Source of the DNA: Lama guanicoe
Taxonomy: Eukaryota
NCBI GenBank assembly: GCA_013239625.1
Contig: MU053482.1
Location: 2,083,168 to 2,147,167 of the forward strand
Direction: 5' to 3'
DNA: 64,000 nt
The notes under the pieces are model-generated. The model was given only the letters and a program-made list of their open reading frames with translations, did no database searches and was not told the DNA's origin. Shown here piece by piece: positions 39,531 through 52,349 of the stretch (position 1 is its first letter; each line of letters starts with the position of its first letter). The position numbers were made by a program, and so were the translations under genes.

Positions 39531-40838
39531 GGAGGATTAGGACTTCAGATGGGGAAGACACACTCATAATGCACAAAGGTCCTGGGAGGTGTCCTCGGCA
39601 GCTAACTCTACCCCTCCCCCCAGGGAGACACAGTCACACAGAAGCAGGGAGAGAAAGGGGAAGGAAAAACAGGGTCAAGTTAAAAGAAAGATATTAGGAA
39701 GGGGCAAGACAGCAAGGCCAGTATAACTGCATAAGCCCAAAGGGCAGGAAAATTTCAGGCGCACAGAGGAAGAGTAACAGGGAATGAGCTTGGAAAGGCT
39801 GGCAGGAAAATAAGCCCCAGAAGAGCCCTGGATGCTAAGCTAAGGAGCTTGACCTTTATCCCCAAAGCAAAGGCTACCCAAAAAGGTTCTGAAGACTGAC
39901 AGAGCTGGGCTTTATGTCTATCCTGATGGACTGGAGACGGGAGGTGGGGGTGAGGAGGAGGTTTGTCCAGTTGAGCATTAATGGGCTCCCGAATGAGGGT
40001 AGAAACGGAAAGAAAGGGACAGAAGAGTTGTCTCAAAGAGAACCAACAGGACATGAACAAAACAGGATACTGAGGGGAGTGATGGTGTGTGAAGGAAAAG
40101 GGGTCACATGGACGGGCTGCCATGAACAGAGACAGGTAATAGGAGAATTAAGAGGGCAGTTGTCAAATCCTATCTTACCTATAGCCTACTCTCTCTGGCA
40201 TCCATAGCCTCTTAAAATCAGGCCTCATTCTGGCTTGCTGGACCAATGATTTCCAAATCTGGAGGGTCTGTTAGAAATGCCAAATCCAGATCTCTTGGGT
40301 GTGGGTACGGGACCAGGAATCTGTATTTTTAGCAAGTTTCCCAAATACTTCTCAGGCATACAGACCAGCCACTGGTTCAAGGACTAGTAATCTGGAACCA
40401 ATGGCCTGGACAACTACAGTGGCCTGGCAGGTCTCCTGCATCCAGTCTTGTCTCCTCCAATCATTCTTCTCAGTAAATAAGAAAGACTTTTCAAAAATAC
40501 AGGTTTGACTATTTTCCACTGACCTAAAACCTTCATTGGCTCCCCATTATCTTCTGAATAGCCTCAAGTGGTGAAGACAGTTCTGTCTGGAAAGGAAATT
40601 TGGCCCTAAATTTCCTTTCCAAACAGAGTTCCTATTTCTCTCTCTTAAGCAATCTTATATTCCAGCCAAAATTAACTCCCTTCTATTCTTCCTGCCCTCT
40701 CCTCCCTGTGCCTCATCCTAACATTATTCTATACCTGTGATTCCCTTCCAGATTTTTCTGGCCCTGCCTGGCTCCTATGTAGCTATTCCTACTTGATGTC
40801 ACCCACAGGTTCAAATCCACCCCAGGCAGAGCCTAAAA

Positions 40839-41039
40839 CAGGGGTCAGAAAACTACAGCATGCCTGGTTTCGTAAATAAAGGTTTATCAGAACACAGTCA
40901 TGGCCATTCATTTTCATATTGTCCATGACTGCTTTTGCACTGCAGTGGCAGAGTTGAGTAGTTGTAACAGCCTGTATGACCTGTAGAGCTGAAAATATTT
41001 ACTATCTAGCCCTTTACAGAAAAGGTTTGCTGACCCCTG
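40839..41039 (+). mobile_element. MER58A-like hAT DNA transposon
   Basis: TIRs caggggtcag/ctgacccctg; degenerate 8-bp TSD gcctaaaa/acctaaag. Confidence 0.85.
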
Positions 41040-43699
41040 ACCTAAAGCAACAGCTACTTTGTTCTAGGCTCACCCTTTGGGGTTCAATTATGGGAATCCT
41101 GCTTCTTCCCAAGTCAACCCCCATCCCTGTGTGCTCTAGATCTGCTAACTGGGTCACATTTGAGCTGCACCTTCAGTTTGGGCTAGGATGTTACTAACAA
41201 GGAAAGGGCATTTCAGAAGGGGGCAAAATCATAAACAGAAGATTACAGATGTCAAAATGTGAGGTCCCTCGGGAAAAGACTGATAAAACTAGCTCATGTA
41301 GAGGAATGACAGATAAGGCTCTAAAGATTAGTAAGAGCCTTAGAGGCCATGCTAAGCTTCTGTTCTGAGCTGCAAGTAACTAGGAGTCCTTTAGGTAGCT
41401 AGAAATACAGGCCCAGGGGTAGAGGAGAGTGATCAGGATTGAAGCTAGAGGATTTGGGAACAAAATCCACATATGCAATAGGTGAAGTGAGGTCAGGCAG
41501 GGGGATCCAGAGACTGTGGGGCAGGGCCAGGCAGCAGATCTGAGCTAAGAGTCAGAATCTGGGCATAAGAGCCAGGTAACAGGTTGAGGCTGGAGATGGA
41601 TGGTCCACAGTCTTCAGAGCTATGCTCCTAGGAACCACATGACCGTGAAATAAGCTCTCTGTGCTAAGAGAGTACCCATAGCAGACTGCAGAAGGTACAG
41701 GTAGGATGAACCTGGGCTCACTTCATCTGATAGAGTGGCACTTCTATCTTTTTTTACTTCATATCTCAAGTCAATCCAAGGACTGATGCACTGACATAGT
41801 CCATGCAAAGCCACTGTCCCCATTTTCAACTGGGCCTAGACAGAGAGACAGTGAGGGAACCAAGGGCAGCACTCTGCTCTAGGTCTGCGTTCCTACTGTC
41901 CCTCAAGCCCAGAGAAGCCCTAGATTGGCAGGCAAGGCAGCTGGATTTTTTTTTTTCTGGCTCTGTAAGTGATTAATTATGTGACAGTCAGCAGGATTCT
42001 AGACCTTTCTGGAATCCTGTTGTCCCATTTATGCATTGAGGGGTTAGAGATATGCTCTAAGGGTCTTTTCTGTTCTCCAGTCTCCACAGCAGTCAGCCAA
42101 GACTAATCTCCCTTGAATGATGGAGTTCTAGCAGACAAGAGGTCCCTCCAAAACCCTGTCCGTCAATCACATTTACCTTGAAATCCCTCCCTAGCTATAG
42201 CCTTCCAAGTAGTGTTGGCAGCAGCAAGCACATCCCCCAAAACACAGCCTGTCTCCTTCCCATTACCAGGGGAATTGCTCTCCCAGTAACAGGTACTGAT
42301 CTGAGGTACCAGTGCTACTCCCAGGGCCCTGGAGAGCCAATTAAGGTGAGGAAACTGTTCATGAACTAAAAAGCCATCACGCTGATAGGGCTCCAGAGCT
42401 CCAGCTTCTGCACCTGCTGCACACCCAGCTCAGCCCAACTCAGCAGCCTGCCTTCCACTTGGAAAACTTGGGTCACTGCCCACAACAGATCCCACAATGG
42501 CTGCACACACTGTTCAGCACCTGGAGCAAGCAACAGCAGCCACCTCGCCTGCTAAGCTCCTATAACTGAGATCTTACCTGCTTGCCTCCCACTCTCACCC
42601 CAGGCCATTAGAACCCCTCCAGCTGAGCTGCTCATTAAGATAAGTATCATTTCCCTCTCTGACTTCAAGGTTGTAGCATCTTGCATCAGGTCCCTCTCTT
42701 TGGATCTTCCCAAAGCCCCAGGGCCTGCCCACTGAGAGGCAGAGATTGCTCCCCCTTTCAGCATTTGTAGTTTTCAACAGATATGCTGTCACCGATCACT
42801 AGCTTCAGGAAGCATGAGGCTATGATGGTTATTCAATGTCCCTGGAGGTCTTCAAGCGTAGTCCCAGAGAATACCTGGGCTCACCCAGTCAATCAGTGCT
42901 AGAGTCCAGACCTAGCTCTAGGGCCCATGACCTCCAGACCAGGGCTCCTGCATCATTTACACTGACACTGGGAAAAGTAAGATACTAAACAGAGAGATTT
43001 TGAAATTTGGACTTCAGAATCAAGGTCTCTCATCTAAAATTTGTCTCTTAGTAGATTTGAAGGGAAAGAATAATGTTCCTTTTACTTACATGGGGAAGGA
43101 AATATCCAATTAATGCCTTTTCTCCCCTATAACAACAAATAGAAGTCCTGAGAATTTTGAAGACAGATACAGCATGCAGTAAACAGTTTCAGATATGCCA
43201 AATGCTCCTTCAGAGCTTGTTGTATTTATTTAAAAAATCACTTGGGAACACAATGGCCAACTTTCCAGACAGAATTTGACCATGACAATTTTCAAACAGG
43301 CTTAAAAGCACGCAGTCCCAAGTAGATATTCTCATTGGCTGAGTAAATCCATTTCCAATATCCAGCCTTTCTGGAGCCTACTACTCTAGTCATCTCACAT
43401 GGCTAAGACACTGTATGCTCAGTACACTACTTCCATTGCTTTGGTCCCCATCACTAGCTTTCCAAGACCTTGTCCATCTGGTCTCCTCAGAGCCCAAGAC
43501 CTGATGCATATCCACTTCCTTGTGTGATGGAGGTGCTGGGGAGAACCTCAGCTAGGCTGTGGCTGCATTCACGAAAGATGTGCACCTGATGGCTCAGGCT
43601 GCAGGGTTGCTTTTCTCCTCAAAGATTCTCTATGGAGTCTCCTCATCAGTTCAGTGATTCCAGGTGAGCGTGGTTTCACCCCCTGAGAAAAGTGCTACC

Positions 43700-43930
43700 A
43701 ATGCAGATTATAAGCTTTGAAGATGCGTGAACCTGAGTTTAACTTGACCTGACCTGACACTAAGTAGTTGTTAGATGTTAGATCTTACATAATCACAAAC
43801 CCCAGGTTTTTCATCTGTAAAATGGGAATAATATCTACTTTACAGAGCTGTTGTGAAGTCTAGAAAAGATAATACAGGAATAAGTGCTCGGAACAATGTC
43901 TACCAACCACAAGGTGCTTGATAAATGTGT
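43700..43930. mobile_element. MIR SINE (other likely MIRs near 5000, 9800, 19000, 29200, 33750, 36750)
   Basis: Core tcatctgtaaaatgggaataata...gttgtgaag. Confidence 0.7.
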
Positions 43931-45229
43931 TTTGCACATCACACCTTGAGGAACAGAAAAAGGCAGTGTCATTACGGAAACTGCCAGCAACCAGGAGAAA
44001 TAGATTTATGGAAATGGACTCACACTCATGCAATGTGGCCCCATCCAGTTAGAGGCATTGGGACCTATGTATTTTTCAGGCTTCTATCCACTTCCCCTAC
44101 CAACCTTCTCTACCTGTTCCCATATTTGACTTTTGAAAACCCCAGATTGGCAGAAATAGGATAAGCGTTTAAGCAAGTATATACTCTTACTCTGCTGGAT
44201 AAAGTGGCGATGCTACCAGCTCTTTCCAAAGAACCAGACTCCCAAAGCATGGCTTCTCAAATTACAGACCAGAAATTTAAGTTCAGGTATTGGGTATCTG
44301 ACTAGACTTGCCAGGGACAGGTGACAGCTCTGTTTTTCATCAGTCAGCTCATTTGGGTGCCATTCTTTTAGTCCTTCAGAAACATTCAGTGAGCAATTGA
44401 TATCCACCAGTCCTTGTGTAGGGAGAACTTCCCAGAGGTATTGCTCCTTTGCTTGAACTTTAAACCGTCTTCTCTTCACATTCTTACCACACTGTATCAT
44501 TATCATCTGTTTAGTTACGTGCCCTTCAACAGAATATGAGTTCCTTGAAGGAAAAGGCCCTGTCTTTTCATCTTTGCACCCTAAATGCCATTGGGCCTGG
44601 TACACAAAAATCAATAAACACCTGTGAAGGAGACAGACTTACAAACCAACAAATACCACCCAGCAAAGAATCCTAAAACTTATTCCAATCTGACTCATAA
44701 ATACGATATGGAAAGTAACAATAGCCTGGCCAGACCACAGGAAATATTAAAGAATGTAAGATGCCACATAGCCAAGAAATTGCCCCTCTGGTTTCAAATC
44801 AAGCATGTTCGCATCTAACAGATTTTTTTTCCACTTTAGTTTCACAAGTTCTAAATAACAGTATTTTTTCACATTTCTTGGCCTCTTACTGTAGCCTAGA
44901 CATAGTACAGAATATTTTACGTGTATGTTCTCATTGAATCTTCATAACAATCCTAGAAGTTAATTATCACTATTATCATCCCTATTTTACAGGCAGAAAA
45001 ATTTACCAAACTACACAACTATTAAGTGGCAGGTAGATTAGGACTCACACTCAGATGCCCAGATGAACTGACACCAAAGCTCATGTTTTCTCCTTTGCAC
45101 TTAGAATAACTCGGCAATAAACAATATGATTCTAATAACTGTCATTAGTATGAATATAGTCTTCTGATTTTAGAGTCAAACAAAGCCTTGAGACATGCAC
45201 AATTAGTTCATGTTAAAAATCTTAAGTGA

Positions 45230-45565
45230 GACCGAAGACCTAAACATAAGGGTTAAAACTATAAAACTCTTAGAAGAAAACATAAGGGGAAAGCTTCATG
45301 ACAATGGGTTTGGCAATAATTTCCCAGCTATGACACCAAAAGCACAAGCAACATCAGAAAAAATAGGTAAGTTGAACTTCATTAACATGTAAAACTTTCA
45401 CTATGTTGATAGGACACTATCAACAAAACAAAAAGGCAGCCCAAAGAATGCGAGAAAATATCTGCAAAACATTTGTCTGACAAGGATCTAGTATCCAGAA
45501 TATATAAAGGACTCATACAACTCAACGACAACAACCAACAACAACAGATTAAAAAATGGGCAAAA
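45230..45565 (+). mobile_element. Old L1 ORF2 fragment
   Basis: DLNIRVKTIKLLEENI...MTPKAQAT. Confidence 0.85.
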
Positions 45566-46320
45566 CTGAAACTTTATACCATTAAACAATTCCCCAGCCT
45601 CTAGCAACCACCATTCTACTTTCTGTCTCTATAAATTTAGCTACTTTAGGTATCTGACATAAGTAGGATCATAGAGTATTTGTCTTTTTGCGACTGGCTT
45701 ATTTCATTTAGCATAACGTTCTTAATAGTCATTCATGTTGTACCATGTGTCAGAACTTCCTTCCTCATTAAGAGTGAATAGTATTCCATTGCACATGTAT
45801 ACCACATTTTGTTTATCCATTCTTCTGTCCAAGGACACTCAGGTTGTTTCCCTCTTTTGGCTATTGCATATAATGCTGCTATGAACATAGGCATAAAAAA
45901 TATCTCTTCTAGTCCCTGTTTTTAATTATTTGGGGTATATACCCAGAAGTGGAATTGCTCGTATTTCTACTTTTTAGTTTTTGAGGAACCACTATACTGT
46001 TTCCCACAGAGTCTGCACCATTGTATATTCCCATCAACAGTGCACATGATTCCAATTTCTCTACATCATCACAAACACTTATTATTTTCTTTTTTTTTTT
46101 AATGGTAGCCATCCTAACAGATGTGAAGTGATATCTCATTGTGGTTTTGATGTGTATTTCCCTAAAAATTAGTGATATTAAACACTTTTTTTATATACTT
46201 ACTGGGCATTTGGGTATCTTGTTTGGAGAAGTATCTATTCAAGTTCTTCGTCATTTTTTAATTGTGTTGTTTCTTATTGTTGAGTTGTAGGAGTTCTTCA
46301 TATTTTCTGGATAATGATCC
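45566..46320 (-). mobile_element. Old L1 ORF2 end/3'UTR fragment
   Basis: MRYHFTSVRMATIKK and L1M-type 3' sequence. Confidence 0.85.
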
Positions 46321-47461
46321 AACAGCACCAGAGCTTTTAAGACATATTTAAGATTCATCATATTTATAAATTTAACTTACTGTATTTCCAAGAGTTCTTT
46401 AGGTAATTAAGAATGCTTACTTGTTAGACAATTGAATTATTTTAAAATTTCATTTATAAAGGCAAATATTCACTATTTGTAAATATGTTCAAATATTAAT
46501 GAAAGGTCCTTTAAAAGTTATTGTTAAATTTGCTACACTTATCAATAGATTAAGATTTTAAGTTAAAATTAAAAGCTTAAGGAAGAACTAAGTTTAAGCA
46601 ACAAATTCAAAAATCACTTATTAATTTTAAAAATCAAAGTAGACCATATCTTTTCTGTGCTTTGAACTCTTAACAGAGACTAAGAGAGGGTAGGTAGCTT
46701 GCCCAAGGGTTTAGAAGTCTCAAAATTCAGATCCAAAGACAACAGCAATGCCATAATGCCTCAAAGACAGCCTAGACTTGTGCTGCAAATCACTTTGAAA
46801 ATATTGCAGACAACAAAACAAACAAAAAAGATGCTGTCTCTAAATGCTGCCAACTTATTTAGCTTTCTCATCCTACAAGTTCATTCAAGATACTCACTGC
46901 CCCTCTGTTACATGCCCTGTGCTACAATACTGAAATGAAGGGACCTGGTTTCTGTCTCCAAGGACTTCACAGTTCTCAATGAGATTGTTTCCTAGGAAAC
47001 GTGACGTTCAGGAGCAAGACATAAGCTCCTCCCTGCCAAGGAGCAGCTTAGATGGTGAACGGTTCATTAGTCAGTAAGAATCTGTTCAAAATCTGTTCCT
47101 GACTGGCCCTAGGAGCCCAGCCATTCTCCCCTTGCCTCCAAAGTCTAGTGGGCCAGGACATGTCCTCTCCTTCTAGGTAGTCAGCCAAACCGGGAATCAA
47201 AACCTTCCCAGGTTTCTTAGTCTGACACCAAGGTAAGAAAATCCCAAACATGAAAAACCCCAGTTTACAAAACAAAATGTATTAAGCATCAAGAGGATTT
47301 GCTTTGTCTCACAGATTCATTCCCCAAAGAGCTGTCTTCAACAATGAATATCCCTTGGGCTTTTAAATTCTCATTCTTCCTACACCTGAAATTCTGTTCC
47401 TATGAAATGGGAAGAGACTTGTTATACAGAAGGAAATCAACCTGTGGTGCCTTGTAATTAC

Positions 47462-47768
47462 CATCTGGGACAGTCCCATGAGCCTTGGTAACCTGCCCCA
47501 GCTCCTGGATCAAGCACTGGAAACAGTCTTTACAGAGCAAATGGTGACAGGGTAGGAGCCGGGAGCCTACATCTTCCAGGTCCTTTTGGCACAATGAGCA
47601 GATCAGTACTACAGCCTCCATCTGTCCACTTCTGTGTTCCTGGTCAACTAGTGGCCACCCCATAAAGCTCACGCCCATATCCGTGCCCATGTGTGTGCCC
47701 AGAACTGTGGCTTTTCCACTAATATCCTCAAGCGTGAAGCAGCGTATAGAGTGAGCAAGCTCCACTCC
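47462..47768 (-). CDS. TRIM66: TRIM66 RING exon (...CSLCQKDLEDVGSRLLPCHHLLCKDC...); first in-frame ATG at 47690
   Basis: ttacag acceptor, GTAATT donor; phase 1 end matches next exon and completes a C3HC4 RING. Confidence 0.85.
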
Positions 47769-47933
47769 CTGTAAGTGAAGCACAAAGCAGAGTGGTTTCT
47801 TTCTTTTGGAACAGGGGTGTTAATGGACAGGCCAGAGGAGACTCAGAGACCAAGGCCTCAGAAGCCCAGGCTACGTCCCTCCCCAGAACTGGAGGCTCAT
47901 GCTCCATAACTGGGCACAGACTCTACCTCTCAC

Positions 47934-48068
47934 TTTGGCCCAAAAGAGAGTCCAGCATCTCTGCTTGGGAAACAAAGCCTGGAGGGGTCTGCTAGGTTGT
48001 GTGTTTCTTATAGGGTTGGTTTGCCTTCAAAATCATCCCAGGATCTACTTGTGCCTCTCTTTACTAGA
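47934..48068 (-). other. TRIM66: Candidate TRIM66 exon upstream of the RING exon (5' boundary uncertain)
   Basis: AAA|GTGAGA donor, pyrimidine tract ~48078-48093 on minus, 165-nt intron to the RING exon. Confidence 0.4.
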
Positions 48069-49204
48069 CTTCATTTTGGAAAAGAGAAGGAAATTTATCA
48101 AAGGCCAAGTTTATGCCAGGTGCTTTATACACTTTATTTCCATCCTTAAAATTGCCCTTGGAGATAGGGATTGTGATACTTTTACAAATTAAATAAAATC
48201 ATCAAAGACAGGCAGAGAAAACTGAGGCTCAGCAAAGCTGGGTAACTGCACGAAGACAGGGAGTAAACAGTAGAGTTCAAATTCCAATTTAAATCCAAAT
48301 TGTTCTGATTATACACTTCACAATCTTAACTGAAATATTTCTCAAGCTGAGGTACACACACATGTTCTCATGAGATCTCTCCAACAATTTTTTTAAATTA
48401 ATGTTTCATTCTGACAAGAGTTTTTTAAAGTATAAATATTCTGGATCATCTATGCACCATGATGAGATTTTAGAAGCAGTGTTATAAGTTTAGGTTCCAG
48501 TTCACACCAAGCAGCACTACTTTGTCTTAGGCTAATGAGAAGAGAAAGGAGCAGACAATACGTAAATGATGCATTTCTGCCACATGAAGTCTAAATGACA
48601 CTGTGGTACATGATGATGAATGTTTCATAGTACTTGGAATAGACAAAGGTGGTGGGGAAATTGGGCCACCATCATGGCAGCAAAAGTTTACCAAACTTCA
48701 GCCACAACAGGAAGCACCTCACTTAAGCTGTAGTGACAATTTCGTTTAGCAACATATCATCTGCAAATGAAATTAATATTGTTAATTTGATTGTTTTGGT
48801 TTTTTATAATTTATAAACTGTATTTGATTTGGTCATTGTATAACAGCAGAAGGAGAGTATCTAGTTTTATATTTGTACTTATTTAAGAAACAAAACAAAA
48901 ATCATTTACTTCAAATCCAAAGCTCTGTAATTATGCAAATTTGAGAGAACTTTCACTTCAGTCCACAGTCTTTGGGGGCCAAGCCCATTAAGGAAAAAGG
49001 GTGATGGGGTTGAGAAAGGCCAGGCTTCCTGGGCCCAGAAAGATGTCACTAAATAAAGTAATGGATGAGCTTTCACTTCTAATTCATTCTGAGGCTCTAA
49101 GGGCAGTTATTTTCCTGGGAGCAGCCATAGAAGAAGCCCCAGTGGAGGTGAGGGCAGTCTCTCTTAGAAGGTTTAAATGTGGCTGAGTTTATTTCATTAG
49201 ACTT

Positions 49205-49720
49205 TGAGAATATCAAACTTTTTAGTCTTAGAACCCTTTACATGCTTTAATTATTGAGGACCCCAAAGAGATTTTGTCTTTGTGGGTTATATCTCTGCCA
49301 TTTACCACATTATAAATTAAAACAGATAATCTTAAAATATTAATTCATTAAAAAAATCAATAAACCTATTTCAAGTCAACATGAATAAAAACACTTTTCA
49401 GGAGAAGTTAATTACTTTCAAATAATAAATTTAGTGAGAAGAGTGATATTGTTTTTCCCTTTTGGCCAACCTCATTAATGTCTGGCTTAACAGAAGACAG
49501 CTGGCTTCCCATACTGCTTCTGCAGTCAACCCGTTACATGCTGTTTGTTTATAGTATTTACACATCTTTGCTTTTGCTTTGGCACCATCAGCGCAAATGT
49601 TAACCCAGTTAAAAGGCCCAATAACATATTAGTATTACTATGAAAACTGTTTCGACCTTGTAGAATCCGTGAAAGGGTCTCAGGGAACCCCCACAGGGGT
49701 TCTGTGTTCTTTCCACTAAT
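49205..49720. mobile_element. Charlie1-like hAT transposon remnant
   Basis: ttattgaggaccccaaagag...tgtgggttatatct and aaagggtctcaggga motifs. Confidence 0.55.
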
Positions 49721-50084
49721 TTTATCATCTGAAATTAAGTGAAAACCCCAATGTTTAAGCCCCTCTTTGTTGAGCTATTGCAAATACTGCCCTCAAAGAT
49801 CTGCCCTTCCTGCCCTCACATTTTGCTATTCTGAGTTTAACGGCAGAAGGGCTTTCCAGCCTAGGCTGCAACAAAGCTGCTAGAAATGCACTTGCCATGC
49901 AGTACCGTGAGATTTTTAAAAATCTATCCAACACAGAAAGGAAGGACACCTAGTCCTCAAATTATATTATTTTTACCTTGTACTTAAGAAAACCCTGTGT
50001 GGTCCCATGGATTTTCCCCTAAATGCCACATTGTCATATACCAAAAACTACTGATAAAAGGAAAAACAAAACACACAAACAAAC

Positions 50085-50700
50085 AAAAAAACCCTGGAGC
50101 CTGGTATAGTTGAAATTGGAAACTATACATGCTGCTGGTACATAAATTGGTACAAACCATTTGGAGAAAGTATACCTATAGCAACATAAAATGAATCATA
50201 AAAATGTTCATATGCTCTAACACAGCAATCTCGCTCCTGGGAATTTATCCTAGTGAAGTTATTCAACAGAGGAAGAAAAAAGCTACATATACACAAATGT
50301 TCACTCCATCATTTTCTCCAATAGCAAAGAACACAATGAGAACAACAGAAAAATGAAAACAAAGTACACGAGAAAATGGCTTAGTAAATTACAGTTTGTG
50401 CTGAAGATAAGTTACTCTTCAGTTGCTAAAAAATAACAATCATGAATACTGGGTAGTGACACAGAAAAATGTCGTAGTAGTAAATGAAAAGCAGAATACA
50501 AAAGGATTAGTATTATCATCATCAGCTTTGCAGATCACTATGTCTCCATGTAGTAAAAACTGAAAGGTAATATTCAGACTTGAAAACAGCATTGTAGGGT
50601 ATTATGATTTGAGATGTTTATACTTACATTTTTTTCAAAATTTTCCTTCATGTTTTACTGTCTTTCCTAATACACACAACTTTTAAAATTTTCTGAAATA
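50085..50700 (+). mobile_element. Ancient L1ME-like fragment
   Basis: tgctggtacataaattggtacaaacc...cagcaatctcgctcctgggaatttatcct. Confidence 0.55.
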
Positions 50701-51150
50701 AATTGGATTTCTGAGTTTTTCTTGAATTCTCCCTTGGGGAAGAAAAAAAAAAGACACCCAGACTCTTCCCCATCTTAAATTAACAATCCTCTACTTGAAA
50801 AAGGAAAGCCACATAATATTTCCAAATGTCCAAATCTAAAGATGGAGAGCAAGAAAACAAGGCAGGAAGCACCCATGCTGTTGCTGCTGTCTGACAGCTG
50901 ATGAACTCAGGAACCCTTCCATTCAAATGGATGGCCTGAGGGATAGGATGTAGCTCCTCTATAACCGAGGAACCTAATAAAACTATCCAGAAGCAGTGTC
51001 CCATCACCCAGACCCTACCGCAATGCCCAGGGAGCAGAGGAAGAGACAGGGACCACCAGAGCCCTCTGTGGGGTGGCAGTGTGTTCACAAGGCCATCTGG
51101 AGAGAGGGCTGAGGTAGTAATAAGGTCCACACTGCATATACCTGCCTCAC

Positions 51151-51213
51151 CAGGCGCTTCCTGGCATCATCTCCCTTCCATTCATTTCACAGGCATTTTC
51201 TGAGGCCCTGACT
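51151..51213 (-). other. TRIM66: Candidate TRIM66 5'UTR exon
   Basis: ttcccctag acceptor and CTG|GTGAGG donor only. Confidence 0.25.
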
Positions 51214-51539
51214 CTAGGGGAACCTGGATTTCTGAGATGTCACAAGGCCATGCTCTACTTCAAAAGAGATGTCACAGAGGAAGAGGCCTCTTGGGTCATG
51301 TTTAGGATCATGCCCTGTGTGCCTAGTGGGGAGGGACAGGTGGCCTAATGTCTCATATCTGGCTGCTACTCAACTTTATAGACATAGAATTCAACTCTCC
51401 CAGGGCTGGCTGACCTAGGGACACTGACCCACAGTGACAAACCCCACAGGAGCCTTATGTTAAAGCTACATGATTGCTTTGGGAAGGAGAGGAAGCCGGC
51501 TAGAAAACCAGAGCCAATCGTCCAGGGCACTCCCCTTAC

Positions 51540-51688
51540 CTGGTGATCAAACCACCAACGAGAAAAATGTTAGGTGAGCACAGAACCCAACGCAGAGTTC
51601 TGGTCTGCTCAGGGGGCCTTCCATTCAGCTGGATGGCCTGAGGGATGGGATGTAGAGCCGCTATAACCAGGGAACCTGATAAAACTAT
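51540..51688 (-). other. TRIM66: Candidate TRIM66 5'UTR exon
   Basis: ctgcttctag acceptor and strong CAG|GTAAGG donor. Confidence 0.35.
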
Positions 51689-52349
51689 CTAGAAGCAGTG
51701 TCCCATCACCCAGACCTCCACACCCTGCACAGTCTTGGTCCTTGCTCTAGTCTCTATTTACCAGACACCTGATGGTGACCTTTCATTCCCACAACTCTGC
51801 CCAGGTTACCTCCATTCACAGTCCATCTTCTCAAGGGTAGTTTCCAGGCAACTCAGCTCATCACTTGTGCACTTACTGGCCAGTTTTGATGTCCAGTGGA
51901 GGATGATCTCTTCCTAGGCCTTGCCCCCCACACTCAAGGCCCCTCTTTCTGCTGGTAACAGGCAGTCTGTGATTAAGGATTGAAGGAGTGATAAAGACCA
52001 TAATGCTGTGAGGTCAGAGAGGGAGTGGTCACTGAGGTAAAAGCAGGAGATCTAGAGAGAAAAGATTAAAGGCAAGGCCCAGGCTCTGTCTCTTAGCAGC
52101 TCCATAGTCTCTGGTAAGCCAGTCAGCCTTCTGTGCCTCAATTCTCTCCTTCATAAAATGGGGCTGGTAGTGTTGATCTCTTAGGCAGATGCATTTTGTA
52201 AACTGCAAGGTGTATTTGGCTATTATCACTGTAGACTGGAATGTTCTGGGAAGAAGCAGAATATAAGGGAGGACTTAAGGGTTGAGGATGATTCAGAACT
52301 TCTGGTCAGGAAGATGAGTACTGCAGGTATGAGGAATGGGACTAGCACA

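Larger units (their letters stand above)
4510..47768 (-). other. TRIM66: TRIM66 (TIF1-delta) coding span, 20 coding exons; 1346 aa from ATG 47690 or 1238 aa from the MAR ATG at 32642
   Basis: Hand-spliced exons join in phase into a TIF1-family protein ending RLANSISQV*; head-to-head with RPL27A as in other mammals. Confidence 0.96.
50915..51716 (+). repeat. 100-bp direct repeat pair (50915-51014, 51617-51716)
   Basis: Ungapped alignment, 10 mismatches in 100. Confidence 0.9.
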
